IMG/VR virus record: IMGVR_UViG_2713896769_000015
From: a virus
Lineage: Duplodnaviria > Heunggongvirae > Uroviricota > Caudoviricetes
Reading direction: 5' to 3' (one strand)
DNA length: 17,127 bases
Shown: positions 9,772-17,127 of the stretch, one piece after another
Layout: each line of letters begins with the position of its first letter
Position numbering within the stretch: the first letter of the stretch is position 1
The notes under the pieces: generated by a model
Databases searched by the model: none
What the model saw: the letters and a program-made list of their open reading frames with translations, nothing else
Told to the model about the DNA's origin: nothing
Made by a program: the position numbers and the translations under genes

Positions 9772-11353
9772 GTGGTGTTGTCTCCTCTTCCGGCCTGCGA
9801 CTCTCCGCTATCTGCTGCTCATACGCCTGCGCTATCCACACCGGACGTGAGAGTCCGGCTTTTTGTCGCTCAGCAGATTCCCTGACCTGCTGGCGGAAAA
9901 TGTCCTGATAATCCTCGCCCATCAGCGCCAGCTCTTTCTCATACGTGCTCAGTCCGGCCTCAATGCGCATCACTGATTCCTGGACTTCCTTGAGCCCGTC
10001 AATGGCCATTCTTCCGGCTCCAATCCACTCAGCCCGTGACCAGGCTGATCGCGCCTGATAAAAATCAAAACGCGCCCGTGGCGGACGAATAATCCCCCGA
10101 AGAAGTGCCTCTTCCAGCCAGCAGGAAAACATCTGCGTGGCCAGCCGGGACGCAATAAATTTTCGTCGTCCCATAAAATAGCGCCACGACTCATTGGCGG
10201 AGGCGCGGGCACTTGAATAACTGACCTTCGAGTAATCCCGGGACAACTGTTCGTAGGAAACGCCAAGACCGGCGGCGATATACCGCAGCAGCGCCTGTTC
10301 AAGCGCCGAAAATCCATTGTCTGAATCCTGCGCAGTCTGCAGTTTCAGATCATCACCGGGGAAAAGGTGCGGAATTTTGACACCGCCCAGCGTCACGTTA
10401 TTCGTGTCATACCAGCTGGAGAACTTCTCCAGAATATTAATAAGCGGATTATCCTTCTGCCCCTGCGGCGCACCGGCGATATATTCAAAGGCCTTTTCGG
10501 TATCAAGTTCACTTTCAATCGTCGCTGCATACATGGCTTTCACAATGGCCGACTGAAGCTGTGTTGCCTGCAGGGAATCCAGCATCTTCAGCCGTTCCAT
10601 GACGCTGTAAAACTGATTAGCCCCACGGGTCTGCCCGTCCTCCACCGGCTCGAAAATATGCAGCATGGCCGGACGCCCGGTGGGTAGTTCACGCGGGATC
10701 CGTTCCCATCGTCCACTACCAGAGAACGGAAAATCATCCTCACAGATATGGTACGCAACGGCACGGCCATATCGATCGACCTCCACCCCGGCCCGCAGAA
10801 AACGGTTCCCCATACCGTGTCCTGGCGTGTCCACCCGTTTCGGACTCACGGCTTTAAAACGCGTACGAAACAGTTGCGTGCTCTCCGTATCCCAGACCGG
10901 CTGCACAAAGATTTCGCCGTTAAACGCATGAACGCCCACACCTTCACGGATAAATTCCGTAAACGTGCGTTTCCCTTCCACGTCGATCTCGCCAGACATC
11001 CCTTCGGCGTATTCCGACCAGGCCGCCTCCACCTCATCGACAAAACTTTTTGCTGCAGTCTCCCGCATCCCCAGCCAGCGCCAGTTCGGACGGTAGCTGA
11101 TCAGAAACATATGCCCGACAATATGATCCTTATGCAGTGCCACCGCATTGGCCGCTATCCCGTTATTGCGCACCAGATCATCTGCACGGGCATTGCCCAG
11201 ACGCAACGCGGGCAACAGGGCCGCATCGGCACTCTGCGCCGGTGGCAACCACTCCGCCATTTGCCCGCCAAATCCTGCACCGCCCCCGTTGTAGCTGAGG
11301 CTCTCCCGAAGCGGAACACCGTTCACATCAATCAGGACAGGCGTTCGTTTCAT
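9761..11353 (-). CDS. B: Portal protein (lambda gpB-like)
   Basis: 530 aa; blocks GANQFYSVMERLKMLDSLQATQLQSAIVKAMYAATIESELD and GVSYEQLSRDYSKVSYSSARASANESW plus N-terminal SLSYNGGGAGFGGQ match lambda gpB. Start overlaps the W stop. Confidence 0.95.
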   Translation of the reverse strand: MKRTPVLIDVNGVPLRESLSYNGGGAGFGGQMAEWLPPAQSADAALLPALRLGNARADDLVRNNGIAANAVALHKDHIVGHMFLISYRPNWRWLGMRETAAKSFVDEVEAAWSEYAEGMSGEIDVEGKRTFTEFIREGVGVHAFNGEIFVQPVWDTESTQLFRTRFKAVSPKRVDTPGHGMGNRFLRAGVEVDRYGRAVAYHICEDDFPFSGSGRWERIPRELPTGRPAMLHIFEPVEDGQTRGANQFYSVMERLKMLDSLQATQLQSAIVKAMYAATIESELDTEKAFEYIAGAPQGQKDNPLINILEKFSSWYDTNNVTLGGVKIPHLFPGDDLKLQTAQDSDNGFSALEQALLRYIAAGLGVSYEQLSRDYSKVSYSSARASANESWRYFMGRRKFIASRLATQMFSCWLEEALLRGIIRPPRARFDFYQARSAWSRAEWIGAGRMAIDGLKEVQESVMRIEAGLSTYEKELALMGEDYQDIFRQQVRESAERQKAGLSRPVWIAQAYEQQIAESRRPEEETTPRET

Positions 11354-11556
11354 AACCTCACTCCCAGCGGACGACGGCGGCGGCTTGTTGTCCCCAGCAC
11401 TGACTCCGCATCATTGATCGCCCGGTTAAGATCATCCAGAGAGGCCGCCGTATATTCAATTCTTCGTCCATCTTTCTGGACAGACACCACCCGTTTACCG
11501 GTTAATAAATCAAGGCGCGCCTGACGCAGCGCCTGCAGTTCAGCGACTGTAACCAT
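11350..11556 (-). CDS. W: Head-tail joining protein (lambda gpW-like)
   Basis: 68 aa, MVTVAELQALRQARLDLLTGKRVVSVQKDGRRIEYTAASLDDLNRAINDAE... parallels lambda gpW (…KRVATVQKDGRRVEFTA…). Overlaps the A stop and the B start. Confidence 0.9.
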   Translation of the reverse strand: MVTVAELQALRQARLDLLTGKRVVSVQKDGRRIEYTAASLDDLNRAINDAESVLGTTSRRRRPLGVRL

Positions 11557-13468
11557 TCACTCCTCCGGACAGCTTCGCTGCCAGTTCTTTCAGGGTTGGC
11601 CGGGTCGTCTCTTCTTCCCGGGATTTTGCCAGTACAGCCAGATCAAGCTGCCAGCGTTGCACGGACACACGTAATGCCGCGTAGGCATACACCAGGCAGT
11701 CCAGCGCTTCGTTACGCCGCTTTTTGTTATCCCACAGCAGACGCATCTTTCCTTTTTCCCACTTCTCCACCAGCTCTTCCGCCACCAGTTGCTGCGCCTC
11801 TGTCTGCGAAAAAATCTCCGGATCATCAGGAAAACGGATGGCATACGACGTGGCTTCATCCGCAGGCGAGGGATCGGCTTTCATACGGGCATAGAGAATT
11901 TCTTTTGCGGTGTCCGTTCCCACTTCACACAGATACACGCCCCGCTGATTGCGGGTTTTTGGCATGGTGATCACCGGCTTGCCATAGACAGATGCGCCTT
12001 TTACCGGCAGCACCCGGAAAACACCGTGTTTTTTTGATCTCTGATAAACAATTTCACCATCGATCCCCCCGGTGTCCCAGCAGACACGGGAAATAGTCAT
12101 TTCGGTGCCATCCGCATGGCGGTATTTTTTGTTGATCGCCGCATCCACACGTAACAGCGTCTCTTCCTCATCAGGACGCCCCATAATGATGATTTTATCC
12201 ACCAGAAAGGCTTCCTCTCCCGGAGCCCATCCCCAGACATACATCTCAAAACGGTTTCGCTGCGAGTCAATGCCCGCCGTCAGATAAACCACCCGGGCAG
12301 GCACCGCCGCCGTGTAACGCACCACCTTATCCATCAGTACCTGGTGATCGAGTTTTTCGCCCACGGCCTCTTCCCAGGTCTCGCCCAGCGTGGTGTTCAC
12401 AAAGGTTTTCAGGCCGTTGGGATCTTTCAGTGCATCCAGCCAGTCATAGACAATCTGTACCCAGGTGGTGAACGGACTGTACGCCGTCCAGATATGGAAC
12501 GTGATGGAGCGCGGCGGCGGAATTTCATCACCCCGGGCGCTGAAAAACGTCAGACCGTCACGGGTCCACATGCCCGTGTTTTCACAGATCCACCGCCCGT
12601 TGCTCTGGTCCAGTTCAGACTGATGGATCACGCAGCCATGATGTTCACAGAGGTAGAAAACACTTTCAGGGCTGTCCTTCTCCCATTTAAGCCCAAAAGG
12701 CGTGGACTCATCGCCAAATTTCAGATACTGCTCCTCCCCACAGTGCGGGCAGGGCACATAAAAACGCATAAAATGCGCCGACTCGTTAGCGGCTTTTTCG
12801 ATCTGGCAGGTGCCTTTGATTTTAGGCGTCGAGCCGCGAATGGATTTTGGCCACACCGACCCCTCAATACGCTTATCCCCCAGCAGGGTTGGCGAGCCCT
12901 CTTTTTCGACATCCGGCTCGAACGAGGAAAGTTCGTCATAGCAGACCACGTCCACGGATTTTTCACGGTAGTTTTTGGCGGCAGCGCCGCCCAGGCACCA
13001 GAAACCGACGCCCGATGAAAAGCGTTTCAGCGTGAGAGTATTGTCACGATGTTTACGACCCAGCCATGGGGAAAGGTCTTTCAGGCATGGCACGTTCCGA
13101 ATCGTCGCCTCCACGTGAGACTTCATAAAATCTTCAGCGGCAGAATCCGTGGGCTGAAAAAGCAGACTGTTTCGGGATTTATGCTCAATAAAATACCCGA
13201 CCACCCCCAGCAACATCTTTGTATAGCCAACACGGGCAGATTTAATCAGATTAACAGTGCGGATCTGATCATTCCCCATGCTGTTCATGATGGCGATCTG
13301 GAATGGCAGCGTTTTCCATTCGCCCTCACCATATGAAGATTCTTTAGGCAGATAATAATTTTGATCAGCCCATTCAACTGGCGTCACCGGCAATGCCCTT
13401 ATCAGGGGCTGTAATGCAGTTGTGACAGCGCTCATCATATTATTCAGTTGTTGCTCTGATATATTCAT
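11540..13468 (-). CDS. A: Terminase large subunit (lambda gpA-like)
   Basis: Preferred start MNISEQQLNN... at 13466-13468, which aligns with the lambda gpA N-terminus; the track ORF starts 19 codons upstream at 13525. Blocks KSARVGYTKMLLGV, GSVWPKSIRGSTPK, FMRFYVPCPHCGEEQYLKFGD, VCWDTGGID and KRRNEALDCLVYAYAALR match lambda gpA. 642 aa. Confidence 0.95.
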   Translation of the reverse strand: MNISEQQLNNMMSAVTTALQPLIRALPVTPVEWADQNYYLPKESSYGEGEWKTLPFQIAIMNSMGNDQIRTVNLIKSARVGYTKMLLGVVGYFIEHKSRNSLLFQPTDSAAEDFMKSHVEATIRNVPCLKDLSPWLGRKHRDNTLTLKRFSSGVGFWCLGGAAAKNYREKSVDVVCYDELSSFEPDVEKEGSPTLLGDKRIEGSVWPKSIRGSTPKIKGTCQIEKAANESAHFMRFYVPCPHCGEEQYLKFGDESTPFGLKWEKDSPESVFYLCEHHGCVIHQSELDQSNGRWICENTGMWTRDGLTFFSARGDEIPPPRSITFHIWTAYSPFTTWVQIVYDWLDALKDPNGLKTFVNTTLGETWEEAVGEKLDHQVLMDKVVRYTAAVPARVVYLTAGIDSQRNRFEMYVWGWAPGEEAFLVDKIIIMGRPDEEETLLRVDAAINKKYRHADGTEMTISRVCWDTGGIDGEIVYQRSKKHGVFRVLPVKGASVYGKPVITMPKTRNQRGVYLCEVGTDTAKEILYARMKADPSPADEATSYAIRFPDDPEIFSQTEAQQLVAEELVEKWEKGKMRLLWDNKKRRNEALDCLVYAYAALRVSVQRWQLDLAVLAKSREEETTRPTLKELAAKLSGGVNGYSR

Positions 13469-13949
13469 CAAGTAAATCCGGTAATTTATCCCCTGCCCGC
13501 GCACACTGATTTGCCCCCTTAGCAATAAGGGTTTTCAGATGGTCAAGATGGCGCGGTGTTAAATCAGGAAACTGTCGCTGCATGGATAAAGGGATGGAAT
13601 CAAGCGTACTGGATAACGCCATTGCCAGCTTACTGAGGGCAAAAATACAGAACCCGGTGTCAATCAGTTTTCCTTTTGACACCTCATTTTTTAACTGCTG
13701 TGTAACAGCCTGTTCTGCTGTCAGTTCCCATCTGGCAATAAGCAATTTTTCCTCATAGTCGTCTTCGCTATCGCCATCAGGCACATCGTTTTTACTTCTT
13801 CTCAGATACGATATGTAAAAATCGCGCCAGGCATCCAGATCCAGTTGCCCTCGCTTATTCGAGACCGGGGCACCCGGTAATTTCTGCAATCTGCGAAGCT
13901 GGCGATCGGTCAGACTTAAATGCCTGGCAACTTCAGTCTGCGTAGCCAC
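13440..13949 (-). CDS. Nu1: Terminase small subunit (Nu1 / phage 21 gp1-like, N-terminal HTH)
   Basis: 169 aa, GTG start at 13947-13949 preceded by gcGAGGtgagga. N-terminal HTH-like EVARHLSLTDRQLRRLQ and a C-terminal part overlapping the start of A by 29 nt. Location immediately downstream of cos, and same size and architecture as lambda Nu1, but the sequence is clearly diverged from lambda. Confidence 0.8.
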   Translation of the reverse strand: MATQTEVARHLSLTDRQLRRLQKLPGAPVSNKRGQLDLDAWRDFYISYLRRSKNDVPDGDSEDDYEEKLLIARWELTAEQAVTQQLKNEVSKGKLIDTGFCIFALSKLAMALSSTLDSIPLSMQRQFPDLTPRHLDHLKTLIAKGANQCARAGDKLPDLLDEYIRATTE

Positions 13950-13989
13950 TCCTCACCTCGCAAAAACTCTCACCTCACAATCACAACAA

Positions 13990-14100
13990 AACCGGTCATG
14001 TCCGGTTTACATGTCTGTTTTTTGTTCATGTCCGGTTCACAGAAGACCTGTTTTTATATTTTTCATATAGTTAACTTGAAGAGAAACCGGACATGGATCC
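13990..14100. promoter_or_regulatory. cosB-like region: three copies of an 11-bp CATGTCCGGTT element (two direct, one inverted), putative terminase small-subunit binding sites
   Basis: catgtccggtt at 13997-14007 and 14027-14037; inverted copy aaccggacatg at 14086-14096. Copy 1 is embedded in the palindrome aaccgg-tcatgt-ccggtt. An AT-rich stretch lies between copies 2 and 3 (14051-14075). Geometry mirrors the R3/R2/R1 arrangement of lambdoid cosB. Confidence 0.6.
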
Positions 14101-14132
14101 CGGAAAATTTTCATAAATAGCGAAAACCCGCG

Positions 14133-14144
14133 AGGTCGCCGCCC
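14133..14144 (-). other. cosN cohesive-end sequence (GGGCGGCGACCT on the minus strand)
   Basis: Plus strand aggtcgccgccc. Reverse complement of 14100-14144 is GGGCGGCGACCTCGCGGGTTTTCGCTATTTATGAAAATTTTCCGG, which I recognise as the first 45 nt of the lambda left end. Confidence 0.85.
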
Positions 14145-14176
14145 CGTAACCTGTCGGATCGCCGGAAAGGACCCGC
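14145..14176 (-). other. cosQ-containing segment (homologue of the last ~32 bp of the lambda right end)
   Basis: cgtaacctgtcggatcgccggaaaggacccgc is the reverse complement of lambda right-end sequence ...GGGTCCTTTCCGGTGATCCGACAGGTTACG with two mismatches, from memory. Confidence 0.6.
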
Positions 14177-14343
14177 AAAATGATAATAATTATCATCTAC
14201 ATGTCACAACGTGCATCTACGCCATCAAACCACGTCAAATAATCAATTATGACGCAGGTATCGTATTAATTGATCTGCGTCAACTTAACGTAAAAACAAC
14301 TTCAGACAATACAAATCAGCGACACTGAATACGGGGCAACCTC

Positions 14344-14538
14344 ATGTCAACGAAGAACAGAACCCGCAGAACAACAACCCGCAACATCCGCTTTCCTAAC
14401 CAAATGATTGAACAAATTAACATCGCTCTTGAGCAAAAAGGGTCTGGGAATTTCTCAGCCTGGGTCATTGAAGCCTGCCGTCGGAGACTAACGTCAGAAA
14501 AGAGAGCATATACATCAATCCAAAGTGATGATGGATGA
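14344..14538 (+). CDS. ylcI: Small DUF3950-type protein (YlcI / YnfO-like), adjacent to cos
   Basis: 64 aa, MSTKNRTRRTTTRNIRFPNQMIEQINIALEQKGSGNFSAWVIEACRRRLTSEKRAY...; basic N-terminus. Sequence and position (between the lysis module and the Nu1 homologue, opposite strand) match what I recall of ylcI in DLP12 and of the equivalent lambda right-end ORF. Confidence 0.7.
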   Translation: MSTKNRTRRTTTRNIRFPNQMIEQINIALEQKGSGNFSAWVIEACRRRLTSEKRAYTSIQSDDG

Positions 14539-14725
14539 ACATCCCGGTTTCTTCCACCATCGCACCGGAAAAGCGACTATGAGGGTAACCCTGCGTCTGT
14601 CAGCACAGTAAAACCCGGTGTGCATCGTTTTTGATTATTCCCGCACACTCACGCAGAAGGAATTCCCCGTCGGGCTACGGTCATGGTTAATGCGGGAATA
14701 CGGCGACGATACAGCGCATAATGTG

Positions 14726-15274
14726 TCAGGCTTGAATACCTTTATCGAATCCCGGTAATAAAAACTGTCCCTGTCTCTCCAGACGTTCCAGCTTTGCAAG
14801 CAATTGAGGTTTTTTCGTTCTCCCCCAGCGATTGAGCAGACGGCCTGACATGCTGGCGACATCCTTCTCTTTCATGTACTCCAGCATTACGGCGTTACGT
14901 TCTGCTTCATAACTTTCGCTGTACTTACGGAGTTCTGCTGACATCCAGTTAAACGCATTGATATAGGCTTCTTTAACAGCATCGGCTTTTGCCCCGTTAA
15001 ATCCCATAACCAGCATAACGAAGCCACTAAAGTCCATGCGGTAGTAAATCTGTTTCTTGTCAAAAATACCTAAGTCATTGATTTTCTCGACGGCCCCAAA
15101 ATGGGTTGTCGAGAATTCCTCAGAACATCTCAAACATTTAATAGCCCTAATCACATGCTGATGGCGTTTACCAAATGCCCTGGCAATCTGGAAGGTGTCA
15201 GTTACCGGTTGACCTTCTGCTGCGGTAACTAACTGGCGAAAGTCGAAGTCATGATTCGCAATTAATTCATTCAT
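14726..15274 (-). CDS. rha: Phage regulatory protein Rha family (pRha domain)
   Basis: MNELIANHDFDFRQLVTAAEGQPVTDTFQIARAFGKRHQHVIRAIKCL...YYRMDFSGFVMLVMGFNGAKADAVKEAYINAFNWM... fits the pRha pattern (GKRH-[DQ]-x-V-[LI]-R, LVMGFxGxKA, FKEAYI). Start taken at ATG 15272-15274; the track ORF extends to a GTG at 15343. Confidence 0.7.
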   Translation of the reverse strand: MNELIANHDFDFRQLVTAAEGQPVTDTFQIARAFGKRHQHVIRAIKCLRCSEEFSTTHFGAVEKINDLGIFDKKQIYYRMDFSGFVMLVMGFNGAKADAVKEAYINAFNWMSAELRKYSESYEAERNAVMLEYMKEKDVASMSGRLLNRWGRTKKPQLLAKLERLERQGQFLLPGFDKGIQA

Positions 15275-15424
15275 GGCGTTGCCTGCTTCTTTGAAATGAA
15301 CCTTTGCCGCACAGGAAACCAGCCCACCGAGGCTCGCCAGCACTAACTGGTATCCTCAAAGGCCCATTCCAAAGGGTCAGGTTCGGTGTTTATTGTGCGC
15401 TGCGGTGCGCGGTGAAATACCGGT

Positions 15425-15452
15425 ACAAAAATGCCCCGCATCTGCGAGGCAT
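15425..15452 (-). terminator. Intrinsic-terminator-like hairpin 40 nt downstream of Rz
   Basis: Minus-strand RNA AUGCCUCGCA-ga-UGCGGGGCAU (9-10 bp stem, one G-U pair) followed by UUUUG. Plus-strand sequence atgccccgcatctgcgaggcat at 15431-15452. Confidence 0.5.
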
Positions 15453-15492
15453 TTTCCTGAAAGTCACTTGTTAAATTTCAGTGAAATTAAAA

Positions 15493-15930
15493 TTATTTTA
15501 AGCACTGCGTCCTGATGTATTCCTGCAGGTAGTTAACCTGCGCGGTTATCTTGTCGATTCCACCTCGGAGACGGTAATAATTGAGTTCAGCATCTGCTGT
15601 AAGTCCTGGGCTTTCTCCATCGCCCATGCTGCTGGCTCCGGTCGTTGACTTTGCACAGGTGGCGGAGACTTGCAGGCGCTTACGCCCAGCAGAAACATCA
15701 GCACGGAGACTTTCGATAGTCGCATTAGCATCAGCAAGCTCCTTTGTGTATCTGGCGTCAAGTTCTGCTACATCACGTTGCCGCTTCTGCATATCAGCGA
15801 TGATGGATGTGGCTTTATCGCGCTGCTCTTTGTAGGCGATGGCGTTATCACGGTAATGATTAACAGCCCATGACAGGCAGGCGATAATGCAGATAACCAG
15901 AGCGGAGATAATAACGGTTACCCTGCTCAT
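15493..15930 (-). CDS. Rz: Spanin, inner-membrane subunit (lambda Rz-like)
   Basis: Start [39 protein letters not shown]... matches the lambda Rz N-terminus. ATG at 15928-15930 overlaps the R stop (ATGA). Coiled-coil-rich periplasmic domain. The track ORF begins at an upstream GTG (15942). Confidence 0.85.
   Translation of the reverse strand: MSRVTVIISALVICIIACLSWAVNHYRDNAIAYKEQRDKATSIIADMQKRQRDVAELDARYTKELADANATIESLRADVSAGRKRLQVSATCAKSTTGASSMGDGESPGLTADAELNYYRLRGGIDKITAQVNYLQEYIRTQCLK
15546..15731 (-). CDS. Rz1: Spanin, outer-membrane lipoprotein subunit (Rz1-like), embedded in the +1 frame of Rz
   Basis: [20 protein letters not shown]|[16 protein letters not shown]...: signal peptide with lipobox-like VSAC followed by a proline-rich mature region, the Rz1 hallmark. 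Entirely inside Rz in a different frame. Start codon choice is uncertain. Confidence 0.6.
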   Translation of the reverse strand: MLMRLSKVSVLMFLLGVSACKSPPPVQSQRPEPAAWAMEKAQDLQQMLNSIITVSEVESTR

Positions 15931-16424
15931 TGTTGCCCCCACAAACAGACTTCACGCTCAATCTCGCGGCGAGTCATCAGCCCTTTCCATTGCTTACCGC
16001 CAGCGTATGTCCAGCGCCGTAGCTGATCACATGCGCCTTTGATATCGCCCTGGTTTATTTTGCGAAGAAGCGTCGATGTTCTGAAATTGCCAGCGCCCAC
16101 GTTGTAAACGAACGAGTAAAGAGCGCCGCGCGTTGTTTCCGGTATATCGACGTTGATGTACGGGTTAATTTGTCTGGCGACCGTGGCAAGGTCTTTATTC
16201 AGGAGGGCTTTGCATTCTGCTTCGGTATACGTTTTACCGGGCATGATGTCTTTTCCGGTGTGTCCGTGACATACAGTCCATACGCCAACGATATCTTTGT
16301 ATGGTATGTAGCTGACACCTTCCAGACCATCGTTACCACCTGGACCAGTGATGAGCACAGACGCTATGGCAACAGCCCCACCACCAATAGCAGCTGCAAC
16401 AGCCTTGCGTAATGACGGCGACAT
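15927..16424 (-). CDS. R: SAR endolysin (phage 21 R21-like lysozyme, GH24)
   Basis: 165 aa, [59 protein letters not shown]...: Gly/Ala-rich N-terminal signal-anchor-release segment followed by the E-x8-D-x5-T catalytic motif of T4-type lysozymes. Closely matches phage 21 R as I recall it. Confidence 0.9.
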   Translation of the reverse strand: MSPSLRKAVAAAIGGGAVAIASVLITGPGGNDGLEGVSYIPYKDIVGVWTVCHGHTGKDIMPGKTYTEAECKALLNKDLATVARQINPYINVDIPETTRGALYSFVYNVGAGNFRTSTLLRKINQGDIKGACDQLRRWTYAGGKQWKGLMTRREIEREVCLWGQQ

Positions 16425-16630
16425 TATTCACCTCTCGCAGCCTTACGCTTATCTTCTTTAATCTTGAAATAAAGATTTGTCAGATACGTCAGCAGGCCAA
16501 ACAGCAGACTTCCCAGCACACCTATTGCCACCCACTGGGACGGAGAGACTTTGTCCAGCAGCTGCAGTAACCAGTATCCCGTCCCCACCGCTGACGTGGT
16601 GTATGACACACCTGTTGTGATTTTTTCCAT
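16424..16630 (-). CDS. S: Class II holin / pinholin (phage 21 S21-like)
   Basis: 68 aa, [68 protein letters not shown]: two transmembrane segments and a basic C-terminus, near-collinear with S21. SD ggaga about 9 nt upstream. Stop overlaps the R start. Confidence 0.85.
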   Translation of the reverse strand: MEKITTGVSYTTSAVGTGYWLLQLLDKVSPSQWVAIGVLGSLLFGLLTYLTNLYFKIKEDKRKAARGE

Positions 16631-16670
16631 CTGATGTATGTCTCCGTCACCGCCGACAGAAAATGAAAGT

Positions 16671-16711
16671 AAAGAAAAACAAAAAAGCCGCCAGTGTCAC
16701 CCACTGACGGC
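16671..16711 (-). terminator. Strong intrinsic terminator about 40 nt upstream of S (tR'-like)
   Basis: Minus-strand RNA GCCGUCAGUG-ggugA-CACUGGCGGC (10-bp stem, one G-U) followed by UUUUUUGUUUUUCUUU. Plus-strand hairpin at 16687-16711 with a-tract at 16671-16686. Confidence 0.6.
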
Positions 16712-16788
16712 CAACGCCGGGAGCCGTGATTATGGCATTCAGGCTCTGCTAAAAATGCCAGATAACATTCCGGCCTCCCCTGATTCAG

Positions 16789-16815
16789 GTTATAAATGAC
16801 ACAATATCTTGACAA
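16789..16815 (-). promoter_or_regulatory. Candidate sigma-70 promoter on the minus strand (possible late promoter pR' analogue)
   Basis: Minus strand TTGTCA - 15 nt - TATAAC. Spacer is at the short limit and the -10 lacks the final T. It would give a roughly 100-nt RNA ending at the 16671-16711 terminator. Confidence 0.3.
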
Positions 16816-16885
16816 CATCCGTCACTGTCTGTCAGAAAATGTACTGCCATATAGAAGCAACATGTGAAGTACATCTATCCTTTTG

Positions 16886-16928
16886 AGCCAGCACCTCTCC
16901 ACCGAAAGTCAGTGCTGGCTGTTTTTTT
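16886..16928 (+). terminator. Plus-strand hairpin plus T-tract (intrinsic-terminator-like), module 1
   Basis: agccagcac (16886-16894) pairs with gtgctggct (16912-16920) around a 17-nt loop, followed by gttttttt (16921-16928). The reverse complement has no T-run, so this is plus-strand specific. Confidence 0.55.
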
Positions 16929-17035
16929 CCTTAATAAGGCATCTGTAACTGAAACAATCCGCATATTGATAATATATTGACAGGCATCATTGCTGTCTGT
17001 GAAAAATAAGTCTCTACAAACATATAAGGCCTTTT

Positions 17036-17077
17036 AGCCAGCGTCTTCTTTTTCAGGTCAGTCGCTGGCTTTTTTTA
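17036..17077 (+). terminator. Plus-strand hairpin plus T-tract (intrinsic-terminator-like), module 2
   Basis: agccagcg (17036-17043) pairs with cgctggct (17063-17070) around a 19-nt loop, followed by ttttttt (17071-17077). Diverged paralogue of the 16886-16928 element. Confidence 0.55.
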
Positions 17078-17127
17078 TTATGCTGCCGGTGCATTTATCT
17101 CCAGCATCAGACTTTCTATCTCAACGC

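Noticed and set aside
10748-13336. Plus-strand ORFs inside B and A (10748-11524, 11596-11970, 12344-13018, 13049-13336 and others)
   Set aside because: All overlap the portal and large terminase genes on the opposite strand and have no start or SD context of their own.
13920-14120. Plus-strand 66-aa ORF spanning cosB
   Set aside because: It covers the repeat-containing cosB region, has no SD, and the sequence is better explained as terminase binding sites.
14540-14630. Possible terminator after the ylcI-like gene (T-run at 14622-14627)
   Set aside because: The preceding sequence forms only a weak 4-5 bp stem, not a convincing hairpin.
14635-14862. Minus-strand 75-aa ORF overlapping the 3' end of the Rha-like gene
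   Set aside because: It overlaps the Rha-like gene in another frame and extends into the convergent intergenic region, with no supporting signals.
17079-17127. ATG at 17079 opening a plus-strand frame that runs off the window
   Set aside because: No SD, it starts inside the terminator T-tract, and only 16 codons are visible, which is insufficient evidence for a gene.

Overview
This window is an internal segment of a lambdoid (phage lambda / phage 21-like) prophage from an enterobacterium, with essentially all phage genes on the minus strand. From high to low coordinate it reads: a non-coding Q-S intergenic region, a phage-21-type lysis cassette (pinholin S, SAR endolysin R, Rz with embedded Rz1), a Rha-family regulator, a small plus-strand ylcI-like gene, the cos site, then the head genes (Nu1, A, W, B, C/Nu3, D, E, FI, FII) and tail genes (Z, U, V, G/G-T, H, the last running off the window start). 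The tail-terminator gene U is split by an IS3-family (IS911-like) element with a 3-bp GCC target duplication, and that element itself carries a nested IS30 with a 2-bp AC duplication. The prophage is therefore probably tail-defective. I found no hidden protein-coding system; the least explained region is the ~500 bp of non-coding DNA upstream of S (16631-17127), which holds a tandem pair of plus-strand hairpin/T-tract modules of unknown function. All homology statements come from my recollection of lambda, phage 21, IS30 and IS911 sequences, not from any database search.
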